Positions 26,321 to 41,187 are shown, numbered from the stretch's first letter. The stretch: DNA of 64,000 nucleotides from Octopus sinensis (GCF_006345805.1 NC_043003.1:46128001-46192000), one strand, 5' to 3'. The notes: generated by a model not told the origin, from the letters alone. Numbers and translations are program-made.

Positions 26321-27113
26321 ATTGGGCCTATAATAGAAGGGAGTTGCCCTGCGTAGTATACTTTGAGAACGAACCAAAAACCGAATATTTACAAAGTACT
26401 GTCCCTATCACATATCGATTGTACTAAGATATTTGAAAGATATTTTCCGAAAGCATTCATGAAATAGCACAGAACAGAACATGACAAACAGAATTTCTGC
26501 TTGCCAAATATTTTACGTAGAAGGAGAAAATAAATTATAAAAAATGATAATAAATGAAACAAATTGTTGAAGTGAACTTTGCTATGATAAAGGTTACAGT
26601 GAACTTTAAACATCACTCAAGTGGACAAACATTTTCATTTGATATTTCAGAATATGATTCTCATTCAGTTTATTAAGTTTATATTGATTTGAATTCCCTG
26701 AAAACGATGTCATGATTATCAGATGAAAGACATTACTAAAAATATCTTCCTTAATTTCTTGTATGCGTGTGTATGGTGCTGGTGTGTGGGTAGTGGTATT
26801 TGAGCGTGTTGGCGCATGTATATACACTAATGTATGTGCGTGTGTGTACAGGGCTGTGTGAAGTGTGTAATTAAGATATTCAGGCAAAAGGGATCAAAAA
26901 TTTTCTCGGGCACACGTTCATACACAAAAATGTACGCACGCACAAAGAAACATTTGCATATATCTGTAAGCAAAATCAAACAAATATACATATCACATAA
27001 ACACAGATGTATAAACCATGTGTGTATGTGTGTGTGTGTGTTTCATATGCAAAGAGAGAGAAGATAGATAGAGAGGTAGTTATGCTATTGTTGGCAAATC
27101 ACACGTCACACTG

Positions 27114-27346
27114 TACGCTATGGATTGCTGATAAATTCATGGCTTTAGATAAAAGAGAATATAGGAGGATTAGTTAATGTATATCATTAATGATATCATT
27201 CAACATATTCTCCTCCCAGATTTACACGCGTATTGCAACAGACTTTCAGCTTTTCTTAACCCCGTAAAAGAACTCAGGTGGTTCGACCTGCATCCAGGCC
27301 TTTCGCGACAGCTTTAATGTCAAGAAATTTTCAGCACCCTCTCGTA
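27114..27346 (-). mobile_element. Mariner-derived MITE, second copy
   Basis: TIRs tacgctatggattgctgataaattcatggc / gaaattttcagcaccctctcgta; interior colinear with 14173-14394. Confidence 0.8.
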
Positions 27347-27779
27347 CTTCTTGTACTGATCGTTATTGTTGATCTCGGGCCATGCGTGAGTACAGGCATC
27401 AACAATATTAGTCGACTATATGAGACCATCAAGATATTTCACTTTGGTAGATATCTCACTCTAGTAGATATTTCATTCTGGTACCTGATCTGGGTATGAT
27501 TTTAAACTGTATCTAGTAGTGAGGTCCTGGTTTATGAGTTCAACGTTTAGAGAATTTGGAGCTGAGCCATTATTGTTCCGAGGTTCACTCTAACCCAGAG
27601 TTCTATCATCTACCAGGGTCCGAAATATGGTTTCATTAGAACGTTATAGTGTTTCCTCTGGAAGAAGGTCGCTCACAGACACCCCAATGGACCCATAGCA
27701 GACAAAGTACTTCAGTTCTTCATCTATTCATCTAAGTGAAAGTAACTGCACACAACTCCTGCGTTCTGATATCTACTAG

Positions 27780-27859
27780 GCTCATATCAAATGCTGCATC
27801 AGACCAATACAAGTTTGAAGAACAAGAGAACGAGCCTGATACTCCACAAACCATGCCCG
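27780..27859 (+). CDS. Candidate internal exon LISNAASDQYKFEEQENEPDTPQTMP (phase 2/1)
   Basis: Acceptor gttctgatatctactag; donor CCG|GTACAA; acidic, non-repetitive open frame. Confidence 0.3.
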
Positions 27860-28834
27860 GTACAATAATATTCATTATGCACGTTGTTCAGCAAACCAAG
27901 ACGCCAACACTAACCCCATCACACTTGCTCGGTTACTAGTTGTGCGACTCGAATTTTCTAAGTTCTCACCACTTCATTGATTTTGTCGCGTCCTTTAAGA
28001 TGTTTTTATCCTCTCACGATTTCTTTTCTCAAATACCACTCTTGTTGAACTCTCCCCGATTTGTTTCCTATATAAATATATTATTTACTCTTTTGAAACT
28101 TGCAATAGTCGTTTTATGATTAGTGCGGCTTCTTTGTGTAGGTATTTTTTTCATTACTTTGTAATCTCCAACAGCTTGTCGCTTGTCACTTTACTAGAAG
28201 TGAGTACTTTTATAAGATAAATGCATATCTTTCAATACGATACACTATAGATGTAGCTGTATATTTAACATATTAGTTCCACTTTGATATAGTGACTAAT
28301 ACTTACATTCATCTCCGCTAATCTTTAACATCCCACGATTATTACATTCCAAATTTAATTTTCTCTTCTCGACAGAATCATATTCATATATAGAAATCCT
28401 ACGCCTTTTTAGATGCAATCTAATTACCTACACACATAAATCTTTCATTTCGCATTTCAAATCTGATTTCCTTCCGAGGATTACTTCACTACATATTCCT
28501 CTATAGCAAGTGAACAATTATGCTTATCATTCTTACCATTCTAACCATACAGATTTCAATCTTCCCTTTCATAAAAAAGACAATATGTTAAAACCACCCA
28601 CTCTTTATTACAATCTACTTTTAAAAGCAAATTGTTGTATCTAAACTTATAACAATTCGTAAATGATATACCATATTACTAATAACCAAATAACAATATT
28701 ACTATAACCTAATAACTTCAATGAAGCACATATTACTTCTCTACTTGATCACGCAAAGTATCAATTGTGATCTACAAGACAATTATGATCGAGCTTGTAT
28801 ATATCATGTCCCTTGATATATACATATTATTCAA

Positions 28835-29064
28835 GGCGGCGAACTGGCAGAAACGTTAGCACGCCGGGCGAAATGCTTAGCGGTATTTCGTCTGTCGTTA
28901 CGTTCTGAGTTCAAATTCCGCTGAGGTCGACTTTGCCTTTCATCCTTTCGAGGTGGATAAATTAAGTACCAGTTACGCACTGGGGTCGATGTAATCGACT
29001 TAATCCGTTTGTCTGTCCTTGTTTGTCCTCTCCATGTTTAGCCCCTTGTGAGTAGTAAAGAAAT
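28835..29064 (+). mobile_element. SINE family A, full length
   Basis: Complete head, B-box and tail. Confidence 0.93.
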
Positions 29065-29091
29065 ATATATACATATTATTATTATTATTAT

Positions 29092-29129
<38 letters not shown>

Positions 29130-29533
29130 TTAATAGTAGTAGTAGTAGTAGTAGTAGTAATGTTCATTCCACCCAATCTAAGACCTTATCATCTCAGTTA
29201 TCATACACATCACCCTGAATTTTGTCAGTTAATACTATAGTTAAACATTTCTTTCATTTTTCTATGATCAATCTCAGTGTATAAGATTTTATATTGTGAC
29301 CCAATTAACTTTTACTGATGTAATTTTATTTGATTTTATTTATTTATTTATTTTTTTTTTGGTTTATCTGCTTCCTTAAAGTATGAAATATTAATTTATT
29401 CCAAATCTCGTATTGAGTTCTTTGTCAAATAAAGTTTAACCACTGATATAACAGATACCGACATATGCTAAACAGCTGTACTATTACTGCATACACAGAG
29501 GAGTGGATTGACTTGTGCGAGCTTATATATACA

Positions 29534-29583
<50 letters not shown>

Positions 29584-30016
29584 TATATATATAATATATG
29601 TGTGTGTGTATTTATATATAGTTATATATATATATATGTTCATATCTATATGTATATATATATATTTACACATATATATATATATACTTATATATATGTA
29701 TATATATATATAATATATATATATAATATATATATAATATATATTATATATATATATATACACGTATACACATACATATATACATACATAAATACGTATA
29801 GTTATATATATATGTATTCTGTTGTGTATCTAAAAACGAATTATATTTATGTATATATATATATATATACATTCGTGCATATATGTATGGCACACGCATA
29901 AAAAAACACTTGCTTACGTTGTTAATATAGGAAGAATCGACGAATGTTTTCAGCATATATAAGAGAGTACATAAGAATTAAAAAGTTATATGTTTGCATA
30001 TTTTGTGTGCTTGTGA

Positions 30017-30085
<69 letters not shown>

Positions 30086-30454
30086 TGTGTTTGTGTGTTT
30101 GTGTGTGTGTGTGTGTATCTGTTTCTGTATGTCTTTCTGAATTTTCTCTTTGTTTTTCTTTTTTTTTTTTCTTTTTCTCGTCTGTGCGTCTTTTCACAGC
30201 TGATTTTATTCTCTTCCACATCAAAGCTAAATTTTCTGTAAAACCCCCAAAGCCAGTTGTGAGTAATCTCTTCAAAATATTACATTTGTCAGTCATAATT
30301 ATATTTGTTTCGTCTTTAGAATTTTTAAAGCGGACTTTGAAGTCCAGTTTTATTTCTTTTTGCATTACATTCCGAACTAAATCTGCAACAGTGCATTTTT
30401 TTCTCTCATTCTTTATTAGTGTTTCTGATGTTTGCTAGCAACAAAATAATAAAA

Positions 30455-30625
30455 ATAATAACAACAACAACCACAGCAATCATAATAATTATAAAAATAA
30501 TGATAATAGTAATAATAATAGTAATAATAATAATAACAACAACAATAATAATAATAATAATAATAATAATTATCATTATTATTATTATCATTATTATTAA
30601 AACAATACTAATAATGATAATAATA
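30455..30625. repeat. (AAT)n/(ATT)n microsatellite
   Basis: Direct reading. Confidence 0.9.
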
Positions 30626-30979
30626 AAGGTTATCTAAGTGTTCCCCGTGAAAAAAAATTTGAAGAAAAAAAAAACATGTTAGTAACTAATTATTCGGCTT
30701 CTCTTCCAGCAGCTTACGACGTGTAAGGGACCGGTTTTGAATGTTGATAACTCTCGTGTTATAGTGGCGGTTAAATCTGGTTTATCTGAGAGACAGATAC
30801 ACTTTCAAACACACACACACGCATACATTCACACAAACACGTACACACATACCCACCTGCTATAATTTTCATTGGCTTAATAATGAGTGTTGGCCAGGTG
30901 ATATCGCTTCTTAGAGGTGCTAAGTTTCCATCGTGCCCTAACAATAAGTTCCTGTCACAGAATAGCAGACATAAGCACG

Positions 30980-31017
<38 letters not shown>

Positions 31018-31108
31018 CACACACACACACATCCACACACACATACATACACACATACATACACACATACATACACACATACATACATACATACACAGAC
31101 ACACACAT

Positions 31109-31141
<33 letters not shown>

Positions 31142-31354
31142 TACATACATACATACATACATACATACAGAGTGACAGACAGATCAGCACACCTGCCGCT
31201 CGCACACACTTGCTACCTTTTATTCTGCTAACTAGTATTGGTCCCAAGCTCTTCTGAGAAACAATAACTACCTACTTCTCAGTAATGTTAAGATGCCGCT
31301 GTCCAGCTGCAACCGTGCTTTGTCATAGAACTACAAACACGCACGTATACACAT

Positions 31355-31706
31355 AGGCGCAGGAGTGGCTGTGTGGTAAGTAGCTTGCTAACCAACCACA
31401 TGGTTCCGGGTTCAGTCCCACTGCGTGATATCTTGGGCAAGTGTCTTCTGCTATAGCCCTGGGCCGACCAATGCTTTACAAGTGGATTTGGTAGACGGAA
31501 ACTGAAAGAAGCCTGTCGTATATATGTATATATATGTATATGTATGTGTGTGTGTGTTTGTGTGTTTGTCCCCCTAGCATTGCTTGACAACCGATAGAAT
31601 AAGTACTGGCCTTACAAAGAATAAGTCCCGTGGGTCGATTTGCTCGACTAAAGGCCGCAGTCAAATGACTGAAACAAGTAAAAGAGTAAAAGAGAGTAAA
31701 GAGTAA
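31355..31706 (+). mobile_element. SINE family B, young copy with two internal deletions
   Basis: ggcgcaggagtggctgtgtggtaag (A-box) ... ggttcagtccc (B-box) ... (gtaaaaga)n tail. Confidence 0.95.
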
Positions 31707-33893
31707 TACGTACACCTCCCAAATCAATGCGTGTGTGTGTATGGGTGTGTATGTGTGTGTGCGTGCGTGCGTACATGTGTTGTCCTAGGTATGGCTTTGA
31801 GCTGCATCTTGTAGTGGGGCCCTGGTTTGGGATTGTAGTGTTTTACTGAGTATGGAAGCAAATCTTAGTCACTTCTGTTCCCGGTCTACTCTCAGCTGGA
31901 GTAGGAGCATCTGTCAGGGTCTCAGTAATGGATTAATATGCGTATGCGCGCTTGCCTTCCTAGTAGACTCTGTGGAAGAAACCTGCATTATTCAAAGCAG
32001 GGGAAGGCGTTTGTAGCAACGTTTTGTGGTGTGCAGAAAGCAAAAGTGAAGCAAGAAAAGCATTTTGATCGTCCATTGTATCTATCTTCATCCCTAGTCG
32101 TGTTGATCTGGTCTTACCAAAAGATCCAAGACAGTCACGGACAAGAGAGTGAGGCTGAAAATACACAACTTCACTTCAGTTTTAACAAAGTTACTGCTTA
32201 ACTCATAATGTCCAACGGCCGAACTTGTGTGCATATATGCCTTTGAGTTTGTGTGCGTACATTTGTGTGTGTGTCCTGTTACTCAGTGTTGCCCATGAAA
32301 TCCTAATTCTAATCGGTAAGTTAGTAGATTAGTAATCCTATATATTTGTAATGATGTTCGGATCTCAATGTTAAGAGATCCTTATACCACGCCGTTTGTT
32401 TTGTAAATTCCGGAAGTTTCTACTTCCAAGTGCGATAGAAATATTTACCATGGTTTTCGAGTAAGAACGTTCAACAAATTTTAAGTCCTAGAGTTGGAGA
32501 ACACCACAGTATGAGGGTTAAATTCCACTCCCAAGCTTCCAGATAGCTTGTTATTAAGGATTTGGTAATGTAAATACGGTCACGTGGAAGGAAGGGAGAG
32601 TGGTAGGGGCAGCGGGATTGAAGGATTAGAAAAAAATCAAAGACACAAAAGGAACGGTACAGGGGAGATAAACGAGGAGGAAAAGTGGGAGTTAAAAAAT
32701 GAGAGGGCCAAGAAATGTGAGAAAGAGGAGTGAGAAGAAGAAAAGAGGAAGAAATTATGAGGGGGACTAAAAAATAGAGTAAAAGAGTCGTACAAAATTT
32801 AGATACATACTTACTGTAAAGTGAGAAAAAGTATACGTACGCCTCTATATGTATAGATACAAATTAAAAAGTGGAACAAAATTGTAATAGAGGACAATAA
32901 AACATCTGGACAGATAGACGATACAAATGTGAACAGGAAAAACCACAATGAGAGGGACAGGAAAAAAGGACGGGTCATTCGTGACCATCTTTAGTCAGTC
33001 AAGTTACCAGATGTCCTTATGTATATACAACTCTTTATTTCACGTGTCTCCAGTTAATTTGCCTGGCAAAAGTGAGTAATCCCGCGAGGGACCAGCGTTC
33101 CAAACAGGCCTGGAATATGGACGTGAGAGAATACTAGAACCGGGATTATGAACATTTTGCTTGGGCGGGAATCTTACCCTTTCTTTATCTTTTATTTTTA
33201 TTGGGAGCTACAACACTGGGAGCCGAAATCAGGAGCCTTCACCTTATCGTTCAACCTGTTAGAAACACCTGCCAAATTTCCCTCAAATACGACCTAACCG
33301 TTATGCTTAAGTGAAAATCATATTAGCTAATGAATTCTGTCAAATGGAAGACGAGTAAATACAAATATAATACTTTCACTCATTTTATCTACATTTTCTG
33401 GTTTAACCTATGAATACCTTGAGGAAAAAAGTAAAGCAAAGATTTCAGTAAAGTCTATGAAAATGGTTGATGAATTTACAAATTGGATTAAATAGCAACT
33501 GATTCTGTGAGGATTTACTGTAGTTTTTCAGCTGTTAAAGTCTCTATTCATCTATTTATATCAACAACGAATTTTGAACGATCGGTTAAGTACAATTCAT
33601 AGAAACATTCTCTGGATTAAGATATATACAGCTGAACAATTACAAATTTATAGAAAAATTCAAAACTGAAGTTCTATGTAGGGAAAAAAGCATTGATAAA
33701 ACTAATGTACGGATTCGGCAGGAGGATAATAAAAATGATAAATCCGTTTTAGTTTTGCAATTATGGTTTTAGAATTTTGGTGGATTACATACACACATAC
33801 ACACACACACACATAGATGTATACATATATATATACATGCATATATATACAGGCATAACTATATATATGTATATATATACATATACACATGTG

Positions 33894-33929
<36 letters not shown>

Positions 33930-33933
33930 ATTG

Positions 33934-33989
<56 letters not shown>

Positions 33990-34694
33990 TATATATATGT
34001 GTGTGTGTGTGTGTGAGTGTATAATCCACCACAAAGCTAAAAACATGTATATATGAAGGATGTTTCCATGAAGTGATTCGTATCAAAAAAAATTTCCAAT
34101 TTATTTTTCGAAATTCAAATGAGAAAATAGGGATATGGGAGAAAATAAATTTTGTATAAACATATATGTCACACAGAAGATAGGTCCGATAAATGAAGTT
34201 GAAAAATGGAGTCGAAACCATCTGAAAATGACAGTTAGAATTATTGTATATATTTTTTTAAACTTTTCAAGAGAATAAATAATGGCTTTTAGTTATAGAC
34301 TTAATTACAAATTTTTTGTATGAGACAGTAAGACAATCCATTGCAGCAAAGTTTATGAATAAAGAGAATGATGACACGTGACACACATAACTGGCCGAAA
34401 AAGAAATACATGATTATTTGCGCGGGCGTACGTGTGTCTAAATGTATATACATTCATATCTGTGCGCGCTTGTGTCAATATATATAATATATATATGTAT
34501 ATATATATATATAATATATATATATTATATATATATATATTATATATATATACAATACAATACACAATACATGTGTTACACCTACATAGACACCATGCAA
34601 TATATATGCATATATATGCATATATATGTATATATATATACATATATGTGTATATAATATACATATATGTGTATATATATATATATATATATGT

Positions 34695-35013
34695 GAGGGC
34701 GCGTGGCTTAGTGGTTAGGGCATTCGGCTCATGATCGTAAGGTTGTGAGTTCGATTCCCGGCGACGCGTTGTGTCTTGAGCAAGACACTTTATTTCACGT
34801 TGCTCCAGTCCACTCAGCTGGCAAAAATGAGTTGTACTTGTATTTCAAAGGGTCAGCCTTGTCACTCTCTGTGTCACGCTGATTATCCCCGAGAACTACG
34901 TTAAGGGTACACGTGTCTGTGGAATGCTCAGCCATTTGCACGTTAATTTCACGAGCAAGCTGTTCCGTTGATCGTATCAGCTGGGACCCTCGTCGTCGTA
35001 ACCGGCGGAGTCT
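34695..35013 (+). mobile_element. tRNA-derived SINE, family D, with CORE-like central motif
   Basis: A-box tggcttagtggtt; B-box gagttcgattccc; tgtgtcttgagcaagacacttt resembles the start of the CORE-SINE domain. Confidence 0.88.
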
Positions 35014-35103
35014 TAAATATATATATATGTGTGTGTATATATATATATATACATATATGTGTATATATATATGTGTGTATATATATATATATATTTGTAT
35101 ATA

Positions 35104-35159
<56 letters not shown>

Positions 35160-35234
35160 GGGTGTGTGTGTGTGTGTGTGTGTATATAATATATATATGT
35201 GTGTGTTGTGTGTACCTATTCATATTTATATATA

Positions 35235-35696
35235 CATAATCCCTCGACTATTGCAGATGTCACATTTCAAAATCCCCATGCAAAAGGTGGAAATCCACGA
35301 GGTAGAGACAGTATTATGCTATATAGTCTTTTTTATTATTTTTATAATTTGTATATATTTATATTAACATAAATGCAAAAGAACGCCACATACTCACCTC
35401 TCGAGTTTCGTTTTCCATACAGTATGTGCAGTTATTTGTTTACTCATCTACACTACATTACGGTATATGTCTTTTAGTATATTTTAATTAATGTGTTATA
35501 CAGTGTAGTATTTTTATTTATTTGTTTTTAGGCGTGAAAATGTTTATTTTACTGCAAAAGTAATTAAGATCTAAAAAAATTATAAATACCTATCGGCTGC
35601 AGAAACCCGCGATATAAATTTGCATATATTAGCCAGAAAGCTCCGTGATGTACTGAGAGTGAGATAGCTGAACCGCGATATTGCGAATGATTACTG
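35235..35696 (+). mobile_element. pogo/Tigger-like MITE
   Basis: Imperfect TIRs cataatccctcgactattgcag / ccgcgatattgcgaatgattactg with TA flanks; a further 5' TIR-like start at 35894. Confidence 0.55.
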
Positions 35697-36012
35697 TATG
35701 TACGTATTGATTCGTAAAATCGTTAATGGAAATATAGAGGGAAACATCTTTAAGTAAATAGTCAAACAGATGCAAAAGAAGTTAGCTATATGTTTGTCAG
35801 CTGAGTGAGAGATATACATATAAATAAAGGATTAGGTAGCAATAGCGGGAGAGAAAGGTAAACACATAGAAACATCTATAGCTAGAGAGATATAGTAATC
35901 CCTCTTCATATCACGGTTCACTTATCGCGGTTTAAGCTTACGTTGATTCCTACATGGTGTTATTTTGCATTTATAATAAAATAAATACACACACACCCAC
36001 ACACACAGATAT

Positions 36013-36177
36013 ACGACGGACTTTTTATGGTTTCTATCTACTAAATCCACTCAGAAGGCTTTGGCTGACCCGAGGCTATAGAAGAAGTCACTTAGCGAAG
36101 GTACCACGGAGTGGGACTGAACCTTGAAGCATATGATTGGGAAGCAAACCTCTTACCACACAGTGACATATGTGCCT
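36013..36177 (-). mobile_element. SINE family B 5' half
   Basis: aaatccactcagaaggctttgg...gtgggactgaacc...cttaccacacag. Confidence 0.8.
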
Positions 36178-37961
36178 CCGGAGAAAATAATTTGAAGGAA
36201 ATAAAACACAAAGTGGCGGAGAGACTAGACGCAGACCTATAGTGAAAGAGAAAGTCATTGATGAGTTCGGCAATGGTGACGGAAGGACCATGACTTACGT
36301 AGCTGATTTAGTGAATGACCGAACGATTAAGCAATGAATTATTTAATTGCTTAAGTGTTGATGAATTGACAAGTAATGAAGAACTGAAAATGAACCAGTT
36401 GCATAATGACCCTCCCGAGATATAACAAAAACATTTGCCTTTCAGACAAAAGGGTGAGCTCGCAACCTCATTGCTCTCTCTCTCTCTCTCTCTCTCTCCT
36501 TCTCTCTTTCTTTTTCCCCACTATTATACAAACCCAGGCAAATTGTGGAACCTATTGATTTTTGCCGATGAGGACCACTGCTAGTTTCCTCGGATTCTGG
36601 TAATTTTAATAAATACACTGAGAAAAGTATACGTATGTAAATAGAAAGATATCTAGGTAAATAGGTACGTAGGTAAGTAGTTAAACAGGCATGCAGACAA
36701 GTAGGTAAAATAGGGAGGTAGGTTAGTTGGTAGGAAGATACGCAAGAAGGTAGTATTTACAGCATGATAGAAATTTACACCTCTTTATTTCCCCATTGTC
36801 TAACATTATCGTGGAGCCATAAAACCTCTATGAGCTTGGATTGGTGTGGATCAGACTCAGCTGGACACCTTCTGAATTGGTCTGGCATGACCTGGACAAG
36901 GGAGAAACATTATAAGCGAAATAATATTCTCTATGAAAGTCAAATCTATACAATGCTTATTTTACAACACACCAACATCGATTTCTACACACTCGAAAAA
37001 GCATCGGTTTTGGCTATCATATCGACATTACACAAGTGGTCGTTTTTACGAGCAGACAACCAATCAGCTAATCAGTAGCAAAGCACGGTGGTCAGCCTCC
37101 CAACCTTAACATCCCATCTCCTTTTTTCAGTCAACAAAACTTCTTCCACAGCCAACCCAATATCTATTCTTTAATACATCGTCTCCGATGCGATGAAGCA
37201 CTTCCGGTGACTCTGTCGCCTTCGAGCTGTCCACTGACAAATGTGAATAGCAATTCTATTATTACCGTTTTTTAGCTTTCAACATTTTTTTTTCTTTTTT
37301 ACGGCCTGTCCGGTTTATTGTTCCTACGAGAAAGAGAGCTGTGTAAATGTACACATTTCCGTTGAATGTTTGCTATAATAGTGAACTGAGCCTGAGGGTG
37401 GGTGCTGTTTAGATACCACTTGAAACGTATTTCGTACAGGATTTAGAAGCCACCTCAAATCATGTTTCTATGAAGTAAAACGAACAATTAACTGAGAGTG
37501 TTGGCGAAAATAAGAAAAGTAAAAGAAAAGCGGTTGTAAGGACATTAAAGATATTCCAAGTAGCTTTGTTGAGCGGTCAAATAAAGTTACTACCTCCTCC
37601 GCCATTCATTCTTGTTTTCCAATACAAAGTCTTTCCGTGCCCTCTCCACCATCTCCCTTCTTTTTCTCTTCATCTCCTTATCACTTATATCCCGGCCTCA
37701 GTTGTCCGTTTATTTGAGCAAAGTGTTAAACCCATAAACAGTAATTTGCAAAAGAATTCCTTCTCTTGCTTTTCCTTATACTTCCTGCATATGTACATAC
37801 GCGTCTGCGCACACAGATATTGTGTGTATGTTTACATAAACATATATGTAAATGTATAGATTCACAAGTATATACACACAAACTCGTTTCTACATATATT
37901 CATTTATGTACATATGTATGTATATGCGTTTGTATTTGTGCTGTATATGTATATAGGTTTA

Positions 37962-38003
<42 letters not shown>

Positions 38004-38305
38004 ATGTTCTTATTCATATTCATGCATACATATATCGGTGTATGCTTGCATATATACTATAAGTATGTTCGTGTGCGTGTGTTTTTGTATATGATTTTGT
38101 TCATAACTGTCAAAAGTAGAAATAAAGAAGAGATCTTTGGTATATATAACTTAAATGGTTTTGTCTTTGTTTCGTAACGTATATCTATTGTTTATGCAAT
38201 TGTCGTAGTCGGCGGTAAAACCAAGATCAGCCATAAACATAGTTGTAATCAAAAATGTTCCCACCGATGGTCTGCCGTTAATGTGTGTGTGTGTGTGGCT
38301 GTTAA

Positions 38306-38520
38306 GGCGGCGAGCTGGTTCACTCGTTAGCACGCCGGGCAAAATGCTTAACGGCATTTCGTCTGTCTTTATGTTCTAAGTTCAAATTCTGTCGAGGTCG
38401 AATTTGGCTTTTCTTTTTTTCTGGGTCGAAAATTATGTACCAGTTATGCACTGGGGTCGATGTAATTGACTTATACCCTCCCCCCAAATGCTGGCTTTGT
38501 ACCAAACTTTGAAATCAATA
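38306..38520 (+). mobile_element. SINE family A variant (cccctcc...tttgaaatcaata tail)
   Basis: Head ggcggcgagctgg...B-box aagttcaaattct. Confidence 0.85.
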
Positions 38521-38654
38521 TGTTTATAACTGTACACATGTGTGTGTTTATATACACAGAGAGAGAGAGTGGGGAATAGACACATATATATAAAGTGAGA
38601 GAAAGTGAAAGAGAGACAAGAGAGGGAGAGAAAGAGAGTGAGAAATTAGATTGG

Positions 38655-39470
38655 TTACAGTGAAATATGTCCTCATCTATGTCTAAATTAATTGCACTGT
38701 CTCAAAGCAATGCAAGTCAAGCTTTATGGTATCGTAGCCATTCAAAGAGGGAGTTGTTGTTGACTGTGATGTATCTAGGTATAAGTGCTTCCTCTGGAAT
38801 GGCCTGTAGAAGTTAATCCATTTCTCGTTTGAAAGTGATCAAAGTTTTTTCTTCCTTGATTTGTTTGGGATAATATTAAATAGATTAGTGCCTGTTGAGG
38901 CAAATTAACTTCCTTGCAGTGATGTCATGTGTTGTGAGCCTGATTTGTGTAGAGTACACATGATATAGGGTCCTAACTTTCGAAGAATAGTAAACTAGAT
39001 GCTAAGGTCGTTTACACAGTGCTCGTAGTATAGAAACTCCATATTTTGTAAATGATGTAACGCTTACCAAAGCGTAATCGCAATGACTTAAGACGATTCT
39101 CATATCATTTTTTTGATTTTGTAATTTCTCTCTAGGGTGCCCAATTCTCATGATGCTTTGTTCGGTGTGAGAAGACCACAAGGATTAACAGTATTCTAAG
39201 TGTGACAGTACAAAGGAGGGGGACAGGGAATGTTGGCATCAAGCTCCCTGGATTGAGGATCCAGGATCTTATCTTGCCGACCATATCAAGTTTATTGATA
39301 TGTGCGCTCCAGCTGAAGCTACAGCATCAATTACTCTTATTTCTCTGATATTGTTGTATGCCGTGTGTGGCTTAATATTTCATTATGTTTTATTATAATA
39401 CATTATATAATATCTTTAAACATAGATATATTTTTAGCGTCATCGGCAATATATTCCATGGTTAAGCCTC
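38655..39470 (-). mobile_element. Old CR1-like LINE relic (RT C-terminal part)
   Basis: Minus-strand pieces ADDAKI (39430-39450), YENRLKSLRL, RYIIYKIW and NLFNIIPKQIKEEKTLITFKREMD; same region as the 18560 copy. Confidence 0.7.
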
Positions 39471-39559
39471 AATGATTACAGAAATCTAGGGGGGGGGGGA
39501 AAATTATACTCATTAGTATAGAACTAGTATAGATACATATGAACATACAAGAATATATA

Positions 39560-40740
39560 CATAATGCCACACCTTACTTAAACTTTACACACAATCAATT
39601 GCTCTATGATCATTGTATGGCCAACAATACAGTGACTAATGAATTGTACTGTTAGAAGAGAATGTGAGGGTATGTTGAACAACTTTTGAACGATTAAGCC
39701 ATGTGACTGCAGTAAAATGTTGAAACCATTTGATATTGCATCTTGATTACAGAAAAGACAAGGAAAATTTTATCTTTCATTGTTGACTGTTGAATTCAAT
39801 GCAGTTGGCAAATGTAACTACAGTCTTCACTACTATCTTTCAAAATCTCTCAAAAAGTGGGGCGATTGCCTCTGGTTTTATAAATATTTCGAAGGGAATA
39901 TCACAAGGAAACAATCTACCTCTGATTCTGTTTATTTTAACGCTAAATTCACTATCATTATTTCATGAACTTTCAGTGGTTATGTTTTGGGTTCTACAAC
40001 AGTAAGAAATGCCTGTCTAATGCTGTGTTCTTTTGTGAACAACTTATGGGATTTATACAAGAAAGAGTTACAATACTGTAAAGCAACTAGGTTTTAATGA
40101 TAATTTTCGCTAATATATGAATGGATTTTAACCAGAAATAATTTCTGTATTTCACAGCTGAACATGGAAAAACTGGTTCTCACACCCAACGCGCATCAGT
40201 GACCTCACTATGCCTGTTTCACACAATGAGTGCTATAATTACTTAAATACTGATGAAGATATACCATACAACGTTACTACGAACAGAGATAGAGTTAGCG
40301 AAAAATGCTATATCAGACTTGAAGAACAATGCCAGTCAAGGCTTCTTTCTTACAGCGCAAGAAACTCATAATGCATTTGTCGTCCATGCTTGATAGCAGC
40401 ATTTCAGCAACTCGATTGGTCTCTACATGCAATCTCTTCCATATTACAAAATTCGGAAGATGGTAGCATAAACTTCATATATTGACAAACTCTAGAAATT
40501 AAAGATCAATGCATACTCTGCATAAAACATGTGGCATCGCTTAGTATCAGCTTCAACGACAACCAAGAAAATGTGCAACTATTTTATCGCGGCAATGATT
40601 TAAGATTCCTAGCAATATTATTGGAATACTAAGTTACGTGATTAAATGCCTCATTACCAATCTTAAGAAAGTAGCTCTTTCAAAGCCTGAAAGAAAAACA
40701 AACTTCATTGAGACATTACTGCTTAAAGCTATTAAGGACA
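39560..40740 (+). mobile_element. R4/Dong-like reverse transcriptase relic
   Basis: Track ORF 39790-40005 INISKGISQGNNLPLILFILTLNSL resembles the GIxQGDxLSPxLF motif; downstream pieces ECYNYLNTDEDI and AQETHNAFVV fit R4-clade RT. Confidence 0.75.
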
Positions 40741-41187
40741 CTGTCAAAATATGTAAACCATTCGAGAAGTTAAGAAACTAATAAGCTCCACATATACATT
40801 GATATCTATATATATAACCATATATATATATATATATATGTATAAGTATATATATGTGTGTGTGTGTGTGTGTATGTGCGTGCATGTGTGTATGTGTGTG
40901 TACAATATTATTCATATAAAATACAGTGTACATTTAAAAACATTAACACGTTTCCATCATAGGAATCCTTTACGCTAGAAAGAACAGATAAAGTCCAAAC
41001 CACCAATTTCCGATGAATTCTCAAAGGGAATGAAAAATAAAAAAAACATTTACCATCTCTTTCCTGGACCATGGTTTCTGTCTTATTCTAATAAATAAAA
41101 TAATTTACCATGGCGAAGTCATGTATATATATATATGTAAAAACATATATATATATATGTAAAAACATACACACAAACACACACACA

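Noticed and set aside
34695-34765. tRNA-like sequences at SINE heads (also 4735, 31355, 48300)
   Set aside because: A and B boxes are present, but they run into SINE bodies and I could not fold a full cloverleaf; not tRNA genes
36764-37078. 104-aa non-repetitive ORF MIEIYTSLFPHC...
   Set aside because: No recognisable motif and no convincing splice signals; compatible with chance
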